A stretch of 64,000 nt of DNA, taken from contig NC_068984.1 in assembly GCF_001194135.2 (NCBI RefSeq), positions 89,398,355 through 89,462,354 of the forward strand. The letters run 5' to 3'. Below, piece by piece: positions 52,451-64,000 of the stretch. Numbering within the stretch: the first letter of the stretch is position 1; each line of letters begins with the position of its first letter. Source of the DNA: Octopus bimaculoides (lineage: Eukaryota). A program made the translations under genes and the position numbers. The notes under the pieces are model-generated. The model did not search any database, had not been told where the DNA came from, and worked only from the letters and a program-made list of their open reading frames with translations.

Positions 52451-53899
52451 GCATACAAAAAACTTTGGAGAATTTAGTAGGCTTGCTTATTACAGGGTTC
52501 GGACGATAAAAACAAAATTAAACTTTAGACAAATATATTTCTCTCTGTGAATATGAATGTATAAAATGGCAATGAGAAATAGCAGCCACGCCTCTAAAAG
52601 AAAATATTAAAAACTCAAGAATACCACACACAGCATAAAGAACGAAACTGAACAAGAAAATATTGTATGCCAAAAGACACGTTTTTAAAAGAACGAATAT
52701 TAATAAATTTCTATAAACAATTTCACTTACAGGAAAAATTCTAACAATTTTTTCAGCAACATTAACACTATTCAGACTCATACAGCAAATGAAAGCATAA
52801 ATAAAATATGTATTTCACTGTGGCGGTTTTGCTTATTGCCAGAGCAACAAGAAAGATAAATGATTAAATTTAAGGGAAGTGGGGGTGGGGTGGGGTGGGG
52901 AAGAAAAAACACTTCCCTGAAATCTATAAAAAAATGTGTCGAGACAATATCTCTTTGTCTGAGGAGAATATTCAAAAAGTGCAAGGATGAAGGTTACGCT
53001 ATAACGCATACAGAAGAATATGAAGGTATTCAGTGAATCTCAGAGTAGAAACCCTAATCGATGTGTTGGGAGAGTTACTCGTTTACAAGGCCAATAGGAT
53101 TGACTTCCTCATGTTTAGGACCAAAGATACTGTGAGATACTGTGAGGAAGTAAACGGGATTTGTGAGGTATACATCTACTATATTGTTGTGCGCCAATAT
53201 TCACGAAATATAAAAATGATGTTCAAGGTTCAACTGCCTCTGGGTTGTTGTTAACTTTATATCGTAACATGAGTGAGTGACGAGTGAAGAAATGAGGGAA
53301 GGAGATATGTAATCAGAAAGCATTCACAACAGACTTACAGGTACTAATGACCACAGAAAATGACAGAGCTATATCGAGGCTGTGCTCGGTTAAGAGAGCG
53401 GACACGTAGGACATGATACAGAGCAAAAAGCCAATTTAATATAACTGTAGTTATAATAATTTGAGAGTTTTCGTTCAGGAAAACTGGAGAAGTAGAAAAG
53501 TGAATATGAAGGTGAGCTGAAAGTCCTGGCTTCCGGAGCAGCCCCAATAACTCCGCCAGTTGCACCACCGATGGCAGCTTCGGTGGCTACTATAAAATCC
53601 GTCTCAGCTTCAATACTATAAACGAATGACACTGAGGTTCCTTCTTCAGCACCACTACCGATCTTATGGTAATCAAGAAAAAATGGAGAATGAGAGAAAA
53701 GAACAAACTGTCTGGAAGCTCACCAAAGGCAAAAAATCAAAACACACAAAGAACAATTTGGAAAAGACATAGTGTTGACATGCGAAGAGAAGAGATCCCA
53801 TTATGTGGAATATACCAGAAACACTTGCTCGTAAAGATAACCTTTTGTTGTTAACAACTTAAACCGTAGCCTAGATGTGAGCCCTTCATTACTCGCTTC

Positions 53900-55890
53900 A
53901 ACACCCAAAGTGTATTGATATAGGGATGAGCTCTGGTAGTAACAGACGTTATTTTTGATATTAATGTTCTTTTCTCGCCAACAGCCAAATTGTTAATTCT
54001 GGTACACTTATTAACTTCTATCAATTGCCAGTGAGCACTGGTAAAGTCGAATCCCAGATGTTGTGCAATTGCATGCAGTCACCAATATGTTGATGTGTTC
54101 TTGTCGGTTATATTGGACTATGCACGCGATCCTATTATTTTTTCCTCTTTTCGTCTGATCTATTCTGTTATTTTATAGTGTTGATTGTTTTTCTTCCTAA
54201 AAACATTTTAATTTCTTTGGATTCACTAATATTTTATTTTTCCTTAACTTGCCTGTAGAACCTTTTGGTTAAATGTTCTTTTGATTTCAGAGAGCCTTCT
54301 TTTATGTTGATATACATATTATTCGTATCCTTTTTCTTTATTATATTAGATTCTTCCTTTCCTGTTTAGCTCAGTATAGGTGGGCCTTCTTTTTTTTTCT
54401 CAATTCTGAGTATTTCATTTTGTCCTGTGTTTTTTTTTTATCTGGGCTTTGGTTAAGTGTCTAATTCTGTTAGAATCAAACCCGATTTCTCTCAATCTAC
54501 CAAAATTTCGGAGTAGATTCGCTCATTCATTCTGTCAAAATCCAGTTAGTTTGTTGAACAGAATTTCTTGCTAAATCTCACATTAATCCCTTTTTTTTTA
54601 GTAAAGCAGCTTCTTCATTTGTAACTTTGATAGATGTACATTAATAGATATATATTGATTTCATAACGACATTTTCTATTTTGTTTATTGTTTATTGTTT
54701 CTGTTAGGACTTCTCTTTTGTTAATTACAACGGCTCTGTTGTAATACTTCTGCTTGTTGCTAGGTGCGTGTGTATGTGTCAAGGGTAATACTTTTGTTGT
54801 GGTTGACTGTTTTTGTGAGTTTAAGCTGTTTTGAATTTCAAGTCATCTTTCTCTTTGTCATTTATTTACTTTGCTGATCGCTGGTCTCTGCTGTTTTCAC
54901 TCTGTTTTGAGTTGTCACTTATATGTGGTCGTCTCTGATATGTTACTTTCTTTCATTTGTGGGATCTTATGTTTTGTATGTGGTGCTTCTGTTGTGATAT
55001 TTTCATTTGGATATGGTTTGGTCATATTTTAAGTGTAGAAAGATTGTTTTATTTTCGATATGTATCTTGTCTATAAGTTAAATAATTTCAAGTTTTATGA
55101 TCATGTGATTGTTTATTATAAATCTATAAATTTGCAAACATGCCTTTTATAATGCTCGTGTGTGTTGGATATAGTGTTGTTGTGCAATAGAGATTTAACG
55201 CTTCATTATATAACGTTTACTGGTGCAGTGTTTTCTTTTAATTTTGTTTTTACGTTGGATGCTTATGTTAAGAAACTGGCATTTTCGTTCGGATTTAGCC
55301 TTCTGAGAAGATATCAATTTTGAGCAACATATTCACAATAAATTGAAGATATAAAATTCATCATTTATTCTAATCTAGTCGGCATTGCTTTATTAATCCC
55401 TGGATTTGCTGAATCGCTCTTGAAATAGTGTAGATTTCTTGTCAAGAATATCTGTTACATTTTGTTTTGCATGGATTTAATTTCGTTTTATCTTGTTTGT
55501 CTCAAGTGATTATGCGTGCTTTCTTTTCTTGTGTATGTATTGTATAAACAATGTATTTTGTGTGCAGTAAATCACTTGTAAAACGCTTAACATAATAAGT
55601 ATCAGTTATATTTACTGGAGTCATTCGTTTTTTTTTTCATTCAAAACTACATTCCTGCTTGTTTTGTTTGGCTCACATGCTGACCTTATGTACACATATG
55701 TTGTAGGTTATTTTACCAATAAAGTTAACTGGATAATAAAACTAATTCAAAAAATAAGTATTAGCTGTATATACGTATTAGGATTCATATGGTCCCTTTT
55801 TCTTTTTCGCATAGTGTTGACGGTGATTTTAGCGATATCAGATTTACCTAAGATTTTACGGCACGCTTTGCTTTTATCTGTCCATAATGT
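53900..55890 (-). mobile_element. Heavily decayed LINE remnants, probably RTE-like
   Basis: Only scattered motifs are visible: APVN and DHI in the APE-like part, and CRKILG..NTMRKRK..MNPN at 55890-55780. Boundaries are uncertain. Confidence 0.35.
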
Positions 55891-56008
55891 TATTGCCTCC
55901 TCCTCATCCTCATCATCATCATCTTCTTCTTCTTCTTCTTCTTCTTCTTCTTCTTCTTCTTCTTCTTCTTCTTCTTCTTCTTCTTCTTCTTCTTCTTCTT
56001 CTTCTTCT

Positions 56009-56200
56009 AGGTGAGCTGACAGAATCGTTAGCACCTCTTTACTTGCTGAGTTCAAATTCCGCATCCGTCATCTACTACCGTCTGAGCGTCGTGCCTTGCC
56101 CCACTTCATGGCTGACTAGAATGGAACGGTTCCTCTACCGCTATCAGTGGAGAGGGTGTTACGCTGGTTAGACGGTATATTTGCTCTCAACATTTGATAC
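56009..56200 (+). mobile_element. SINE family A head fused to a Tx1-like RT fragment
   Basis: GGTGAGCTGACAGAATCGTTAGC..GAGTTCAAATTCCG runs into ASVIYYRLSVVPCPTSWLTRMERFLYRYQW, which is homologous to ASVIYYRLTVVPCP at about 22010-21970. Confidence 0.7.
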
Positions 56201-57117
56201 NNNNNNNNNNNNNNNNNNNNNNNNNNNNNNNNNNNNNNNNNNNNNNNNNNNNNNNNNNNNNNNNNNNNNNNNNNNNNNNNNNNNNNNNNNNNNNNNNNNN
56301 NNNNNNNNNNNNNNNNNNNNNNNNNNNNNNNNNNNNNNNNNNNNNNNNNNNNNNNNNNNNNNNNNNNNNNNNNNNNNNNNNNNNNNNNNNNNNNNNNNNN
56401 NNNNNNNNNNNNNNNNNNNNNNNNNNNNNNNNNNNNNNNNNNNNNNNNNNNNNNNNNNNNNNNNNNNNNNNNNNNNNNNNNNNNNNNNNNNNNNNNNNNN
56501 NNNNNNNNNNNNNNNNNNNNNNNNNNNNNNNNNNNNNNNNNNNNNNNNNNNNNNNNNNNNNNNNNNNNNNNNNNNNNNNNNNNNNNNNNNNNNNNNNNNN
56601 NNNNNNNNNNNNNNNNNNNNNNNNNNNNNNNNNNNNNNNNNNNNNNNNNNNNNNNNNNNNNNNNNNNNNNNNNNNNNNNNNNNNNNNNNNNNNNNNNNNN
56701 NNNNNNNNNNNNNNNNNNNNNNNNNNNNNNNNNNNNNNNNNNNNNNNNNNNNNNNNNNNNNNNNNNNNNNNNNNNNNNNNNNNNNNNNNNNNNNNNNNNN
56801 NNNNNNNNNNNNNNNNNNNNNNNNNNNNNNNNNNNNNNNNNNNNNNNNNNNNNNNNNNNNNNNNNNNNNNNNNNNNNNNNNNNNNNNNNNNNNNNNNNNN
56901 NNNNNNNNNNNNNNNNNNNNNNNNNNNNNNNNNNNNNNNNNNNNNNNNNNNNNNNNNNNNNNNNNNNNNNNNNNNNNNNNNNNNNNNNNNNNNNNNNNNN
57001 NNNNNNNNNNNNNNNNNNNNNNNNNNNNNNNNNNNNNNNNNNNNNNNNNNNNNNNNNNNNNNNNNNNNNNNNNNNNNNNNNNNNNNNNNNNNNNNNNNNN
57101 NNNNNTAAATTTGTAAC

Positions 57118-58280
57118 TTCGAGGGTAGGCTGAAAAATTCATAGGCTGATCAAGATACTCATTGCAGTCCACACACTTCTTCTATCGGTACAGTGCTTGG
57201 ATCCTATTGGTGAAGAAGCTTTCATCTAATTGATCAAAAAAGTATCAACAGCATATATGACATCATCATTGCTGTTTTTGCATGTTGGGGAACAGGCGAG
57301 TGTCAGATGGGGTCAAATCAGGAGAATTGGGACGGTGATCAACCAGTTCAAATCCACAGTCGTACATAGCAGCCATTGAAAGCAAGGACTTGTGTGCTGG
57401 AGCATTGTCCTGATGAAACAAATCCCTTTTATTAGTTTTCCAGGCCGTCTGGTTTTGATAGCTACCTCAGCAAGTTGGTATAGTACTCTCCAGTGATGGT
57501 ATGGCCCTTTTGAAGATACTCAATAAACACAATGCTTTTGCATTCCTACCAAAAACTGAGGCCTTCACCTTCTCTGCGGATGAAATAACTTTGGCATTCT
57601 TTGAAGCAGGTGAGGAGGGGTGTTTCCACTGTATGGATTGTCTGTGTGTCTGGCTCAATTTGATGACGCCAACACACATCCTGAGTTACGAAACGTTTAA
57701 GGAAACCAGCATGAAACCAATGTTAGATTTTCCTGTGATGTGATCAACCTGATGTGCTTTTGATCAGATATCAGAAAATCTGGCACCCACCGGCAGAAAC
57801 CTTCGTTGTGTCAAGTTAATTGTGCAGAATATTCTCAACTTTCTCATGTGTTATAGTCAATCACCTGTTATCTATCACTATGTGGTGAACACCATCAATA
57901 TTTTCCTCGGTGGTGACAGTTTCAGGACGTCCAGACCTTAAGTCATCTTCAAGGTTTTCCCTCCCAACAGCTGCCTACTTTTGCACTGTTGACAAAGCTG
58001 GAGCATCATACCCCAACCTAGTAACCATATAAGTATGGGAACTAATGACTTTATCTGCAGGTACTTGATAATACCACGATACCAAATTCTGACGATTTTC
58101 AAGAGAAGTTGCTACTGGTTACTTTTGAAGTCTTCTTCGCACAGTCAGATGTCAGTCTACCTGGAAAGAAAAACAATGCAGTCATTAATAAGAAGGGTTG
58201 AAATTAATGCGTCCACGATTTCACTGCTATAGCATTACATCTCCATAATCAGCCAATGATCTTTTCAGAAATACGTCGAA
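57118..58280 (-). mobile_element. Degenerate mariner, same family as 5464-6664
   Basis: The end CGAGGGTAGGCTGAAAAATTCATAGGCTGATCAAGATACTC matches the right end of the first copy. The other end TCAGCCAATGATCTTTTCAG matches its left end. Protein remnants are APALSTVQK, EDDLRSGRP, QSIQWKH, KVKASVF and FHQDNA. Confidence 0.9.
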
Positions 58281-58454
58281 CGGTTGCTGTCATGTGTTGG
58301 AAGGATTCTTTTTCGAAACGTCGTATCCTGTATACTTTTGTATATACTATTCTTTTGCTTCCAGGTTGTCACCTTTTTTTATCATTTGGGTTATTTCTTT
58401 CCTTTTCACACAGAAGCCTTCCTTTGTCACTTTACAAAGTAAAGATAACTCTTT

Positions 58455-58588
58455 ATTTACATTATTTACATTTGACGGATATTTGTCCTCATCTTGTTTG
58501 TTGTTAACACAACGTTTCGGCTGATATACCCTCCAGCCTTCATCAGGTGTCTTGGGGAAATTTCGAACCTGGGTTATTATTATTATTT

Positions 58589-58621
<33 letters not shown>

Positions 58622-58622
58622 C

Positions 58623-58687
<65 letters not shown>

Positions 58688-58790
58688 TCACTGCTTGGAA
58701 TCGAACTCGGAATCTTGGGGTTAGTAGCCCGCGCTCTTAACCACTACATCATATGCCCGTGGGCACTATGCCATATGCCCACGGGCATAT
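58455..58790 (-). mobile_element. tRNA-headed SINE-like element: tRNA head + (AAT)n + hammerhead-containing 3' domain
   Basis: Head at 58758-58685: GGGCATATGATGTAGTGGTTAAGAGCGCGGGCTACTAACCCCAAGATTCCGAGTTCGATTCCAAGCAGTGACC, with A- and B-box-like motifs. (AAT)n spans 58684-58576. The 3' domain is homologous to 58870-58970 on the + strand. Confidence 0.8.
58506..58551 (-). ncRNA. Minimal type I hammerhead ribozyme (Penelope-type)
   Basis: GACAC-CTGATGA-A-GGCTG[GAGGGTATAT]CAGCC-GAAAC-GTT/GTGTT. It has a helix I pair GACAC/GTGTT, the conserved CUGAUGA and GAAA cores, a 5-bp helix II and a palindromic AACGTT helix III. Confidence 0.82.
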
Positions 58791-58804
58791 CGCGNNNNNN
58801 NNNN

Positions 58805-58853
<49 letters not shown>

Positions 58854-59005
58854 ATACCTTAGGCATGAGAACCCAGTTTCGAAATTTCCCCAAGACACCT
58901 GATGAAACGTTGTGTTACCAACAAACAAGGTGAAGACAAGTATCTGTCAAATGTAAATAATATAAATAATGTACATAATTCCTCATCTCTTAAATATAGA
59001 ACTGA
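58805..59005 (+). mobile_element. Second, inverted copy of the hammerhead-SINE 3' domain (helix II deleted)
   Basis: (AAT)n, then ACAAAATACCTTAGGCATGAGAACCCAGTTTCGAAATTTCCCCAAGACACCTGATGAAACGTTGTGTT... The head, if present, would lie in the gap at 58795-58804. Confidence 0.85.
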
Positions 59006-60019
59006 AAGAAAAATCTTTATTCGTTTATTTTTCTATTGCGCTTATTTTTCTATAGCATATTTTCTTTGCATATGTCTTTGGTTGCTGGAAGTCTAACTCT
59101 ATTAGGATCAATCTAGGTTTACTAGATACTGCAGCTGTATATGTTAGAAAAAAAAATCCATTTAGTCAATATTCACTTTGTTTCTGTAGACCGAATGTCT
59201 TGCAGGCTCCTGTTACATTTTATTTATTTTTCGTGGAGCCATTTGTTAATGTGTAGCTTGAACGTAAGTTTACACTAATGGGAAGAGAACAACGACACCG
59301 TTCTCCATGCAATTCTTCAGTATCTGAAAATTGCTGATTGATAGAGTTATGTGGAGTTTACCATGAAAGTGGCTCTCTTCCTTCCTTTTTTAAAGAAAGG
59401 CAAGCAATTTTTCCGTCTGGTGATAATACTGCAAAAGGTTGTGTGGTAGACACGTTTATGGGGGCTGAAGACAGACTGTTCACCTTCTGCCAATTTCCTA
59501 TCAACTGTTTTAGAGATTATGGCAAGAGCCTTTGAGATACATATTTTGTATATATTCTTATATTTTTATCGCATATTTTTCTTCTGCTCTCTATTTAAAA
59601 CACTGTTTTTTTAAAAAATGTGTCTTTATAATATCCCCATTTTGTCATCTTTGTAACAATAACACAAATCCCCTTTCTCTATCCTTCTTCTCCAGTATCA
59701 ATAAAATAACTGCTAGTCAAACATTAGTGTCTATATTTTCAAGTGTTTCTCCCACTCTAAATATCTGGCCTTGTTATGATGTTAGAAATATTCAATTTGC
59801 AGAATTGTCAAAATATCGGAAATATGCCCCGCAGTATTTCTTCCGTTTTTTTTTTTACTTTCTGAGTTCAAAAGTCAGCTTTACCTTCCATCCTTCTAGT
59901 ACTGGGGTCAATATTGTCGAAGTAACTCTTTCCCTCAAAATTAGTGACTTTGTGTCTAATTCAGAAATAGTTATTATACAAAAGCTATTACATGGCAATT
60001 AAATTAGTGGGTTGTTATT

Positions 60020-60594
<575 letters not shown>

Positions 60595-61714
60595 ATATAC
60601 ATACATGCTTATATACAAATGCACACATATATGGTCAAAGAGATTCCAGAGAGTCTCGTCTTCGTTTGCGTCGGCAAAACTTATGTAGAAAAATCAATGA
60701 AATGTGTACAATGAACTTGCTATGGGGAGTGAAAATAGACATTCTCAAGGAAACGAAGAGGACAACGTTTCATATTCGAATCTGACATCAAGTCACCGAT
60801 AGGTCTAAATCAATGTTTCTCAACCATTTTTCACCTATGAATCCCTGTGATTCTTATTTTACTCGGATTGACTCTCCCAGGCATTCGATGCTTGTTATAT
60901 TTTTAGAAATGAAATATTATTAGGAATTGTATAAAAAATTGTTAAAATATTTGATGTATTGTAGAAGTATAACCAATTTATTGCAGATAAATTTTAACAA
61001 CAAAATCTTATATTGACCCCCAAGGGCCATATGGACCATCTTCTTAGTTCAGTAAACCCTTTCTCATCCTCCAACTCTTCCCTCACCTAACTTTGCCGTC
61101 CACTTTAGTCTCAACATTGGCTGCTTCTCCTTATTCTCCAACCCTTCCATGCTGTTTCTTTTACCACATTTTGCTCACATAAGAAGCTCACATGGTCCTG
61201 CGTTTCTAGTAATAACGTTTTGTCTTTTTCACTTGGAGGATGCAAAACTCAGCTGTCTCTCACTTATTTCTTTCCTTTCAAACTTTCCTGACGTCAAGTT
61301 CACTGAACTCCTTTTATATATTTCAAGAAAAGAGCATACATACACACATACACACGCATACACGCATACACGCACACACATATATACACGCGCACACACA
61401 CACGTACGCGCACGCACTCACACGTACACACACACATGCGCACACACACATGTATGCATACACACATACATATGTACTGATGTTTATATATATGTATTCA
61501 ATAACAAGGAGATTCTCTATATTTATCCCAGGTCAGTCTTTTTTTTTCGGATAGCACTGTATGTTGTTTTAGCGACAGCGTCATGTCGCATTGGAAGGTA
61601 TTACTTTAATGACTTTTTGGGAAACTGCTGGTCACATGTGTGATGCCACCCATAGAAATAAGATATAATTTTTTTTTCGGTTGCATTTTGGGACTACAAG
61701 GGTTTCCACATGGT

Positions 61715-61820
61715 TCCGGGTTCAGTTCCACTGCGTGGTACCTTGGGCAAGTGTCTCCTCGGACCACCCAAAGTCTTGTGAAAGGATTTGGTAGACGGAA
61801 ACTGAAAGAAGCATGTCGTA
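61715..61820 (+). mobile_element. tRNA-derived SINE family B, partial
   Basis: CACATGGTTCCGGGTTCAGTTCCACTGCGTGGTACCTTGGGCAAGTG...GGATTTGGTAGACGGAAACTGAAAGAAGC. Confidence 0.85.
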
Positions 61821-62315
61821 TATATATATATATATATATATATATATNNNNNNNNNNNNNNNNNNNNNNNNNNNNNNNNNNNNNNNNNNNNNNNNNNNNN
61901 NNNNNNNNNNNNNNNNNNNNNNNNNNNNNNNNNNNNNNNNNNNNNNNNNNNNNNNNNNNNNNNNNNNNNNNNNNNNNNNNNNNNNNNNNNNNNNNNNNNN
62001 NNNNNNNNNNNNNNNNNNNNNNNNNNNNNNNNNNNNNNNNNNNNNNNNNNNNNNNNNNNNNNNNNNNNNNNNNNNNNNNNNNNNNNNNNNNNNNNNNNNN
62101 NNNNNNNNNNNNNNNNNNNNNNNNNNNNNNNNNNNNNNNNNNNNNNNNNNNNNNNNNNNNNNNNNAGAAAGGTTGCACATCATGTCGATATTAGTGCCAA
62201 TTTCAAGTCTTCGGGGAACATACCCTTTCTTCTTCTTCTTCTTCTTCTTCTTCTTCTTCTTCTGAGCGTTTTACATCTAAATGTTCTTCGAGATACGCTA
62301 GTCCGGCTATCTTGG

Positions 62316-62358
<43 letters not shown>

Positions 62359-63699
62359 GTATGCATGTATATATGTGTTTGTGTGTGTGTAAGTGTGCAC
62401 GCGCACATCCCCACGTGTTCTGTACCATCCCCTGCCATATGTTTTGTATTGATTGTACGGGGCCTTGTGAGACAGAGTGGAATTATTAATATAATTATTA
62501 TCTGTGCAATGGAGTGGCAGAGACAATAAAACAATAGCCCCAGTGTAAAGCAAAGAATTGTGTTCAAGGTCGAGATCGTCTTTGTCTTAGTTTGTTACGT
62601 TTCTTTAGTCAGGAAGTTAACATATTTTTTGGCAAATGTCAAGTCGAATTTTATAAATACTGAAAACACGTTCTTAAAGAAATTCTTATATTATTTTTTA
62701 TTACTCAGACGCCACTTTATTTACTTACATTTAATAAGCTAAAACTATTTCGAAAATATTTTTTTGACATCGGAATATTTTCTTTTTTTTTCTAAAAACT
62801 ATAATGGTATTTGAATACAATTAAATTTTAGGATTTGACGCTGATATTAAGATACTTAAATACAATTTAGTTACTTTCATAGGTTCATTATGTAAAATTT
62901 CACGCTTATCTCTACTTTTTATCATTACCATTTTCTTAATGTAAACAATTTGAGAAAATATTTGCCAGATTGTTTTCAATATAATCGGTCTTATTTATAT
63001 TTTGTTTTTAAACTTAACTTTAATGCATAATCTTTAAGGTCAATGAAAAATAGGATTACATATATGCCAAGTGTTTAATGAGAAACAGATTTTCTAAGGA
63101 AAAATACGTCGAAATTTAAATTGCGAAATGCCAAAATGTCAGCAGTTTGAAATAGAAAATTGAACTTCTTTTGTCTGCTGCTAAATTCTGTTGCGATGAA
63201 ATTTACGAATGATAAATTATTAATGAAAAGCACTATAGATTATAGCCAATATGCTTTTACAGAGGATTCGGCCTTCTTAATCCATTTGTCGAGTTAATCT
63301 GCTTAGTGTTATGGATTTATAGTTTGAAATAATTATAATTGTAAGGAAATTTGTTTCCTTTGTTTTATTATTTCATGTATTCTAAAGCTTTTCTAGTCAG
63401 ATAACTTCTTTTTTAATATTAATCTAAAACAATTACTAATCTCAAAACGTATAAATATTCCTTTCTGAACAATTCCCCTCCTTTGACTGTTGTTTATTTA
63501 AACTAAATCCATTTTACAATTATTGCATTCGGCAAGATGTTAACCTTAAATGTTATTTCAAATAATTTCAGACCACATCGGAAAACTCATCTAACTGGCA
63601 CGAAATCACTCAAGTTTCTACCCACTACACGTGTTATTTCTTGGTTTTGCATTTTCGGTCGCAACTCCAGTGTTCTCTGCACTTCGTAGTTGCGTGGTC

Positions 63700-63890
63700 T
63701 CATGCCACTTCCACTCATACACTACCGAAGTTTTCAACTTTCTGCGTATCGTCACCCATATTGTATCCTTCTTTGTACATCAAACTAACCTCTATATCTA
63801 GTCTTATCTTACTATAACGTCAAGCACCTCTGGAATTCTCTCGTTATTCATGCTTTTCTGGCATCTGCTAACTACATTGATCCTGCTTGT
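63700..63890 (+). mobile_element. Possible decayed LINE 3' end (Jockey/CR1-group)
   Basis: KHLWNSLVIHAF resembles the xKLWNSLP C-terminal motif. There is little other support. Confidence 0.35.
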
Positions 63891-63964
63891 TATATAAGTG
63901 CTTAAATAAATGAGTGGTTAAATAAAAATCTTGCAAGGTAACGAAATGGTTCTGTTAGATACTC

Positions 63965-64000
<36 letters not shown>

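Noticed and set aside
57410-57419. CTGATGAAAC hammerhead-like core
   Set aside because: It is the reverse complement of mariner FHQDN codons and has no helix II or helix I partner.
58685-58758. Possible tRNA gene; same question for the other SINE heads
   Set aside because: Acceptor and T stems are mismatched and the head runs into a repeat body, so it is a SINE head rather than a functional tRNA.
59280-59535. Minus-strand open frame KALAIISKTVDRKLAEGEQSVF... as a possible exon
   Set aside because: No recognisable homology and no convincing donor site.

Overview
AT-rich, microsatellite-dense eukaryotic DNA with ten assembly gaps (N-runs). It is probably molluscan, most likely an octopus. This is inferred from the H2A C-terminus (QKAAK) and from tRNA-derived SINE families resembling cephalopod ones. 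I found no intact host protein-coding gene. The window is a mosaic of decayed mobile elements: at least seven Dong/R4-type (RT + restriction-like endonuclease) fragments, Tx1/L1-clade LINE pieces, a Penelope-like element, RTE, CR1 and Jockey-type LINE remnants, two copies of one mariner family, a Tc1/mariner (DD41D-like) remnant, a hAT remnant, several MITEs and many tRNA-derived SINEs. Four observations stand out. (1) At 58.45-59.0 kb a tRNA-headed SINE-like element carries an (AAT)n spacer and a complete minimal type I hammerhead ribozyme of the Penelope type. It sits head-to-head with a second copy whose ribozyme helix II has been precisely deleted. (2) A histone H2A pseudogene is split in two by a mariner insertion. 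(3) Dong/R4 copies have junctions in (TAA)n, (CATA)n and (TG)n microsatellites, suggesting diversified target specificity. (4) A degenerate HDV-like ribozyme candidate lies at the 5' end of an RTE element. All calls come from manual reading and translation; no searches were run.
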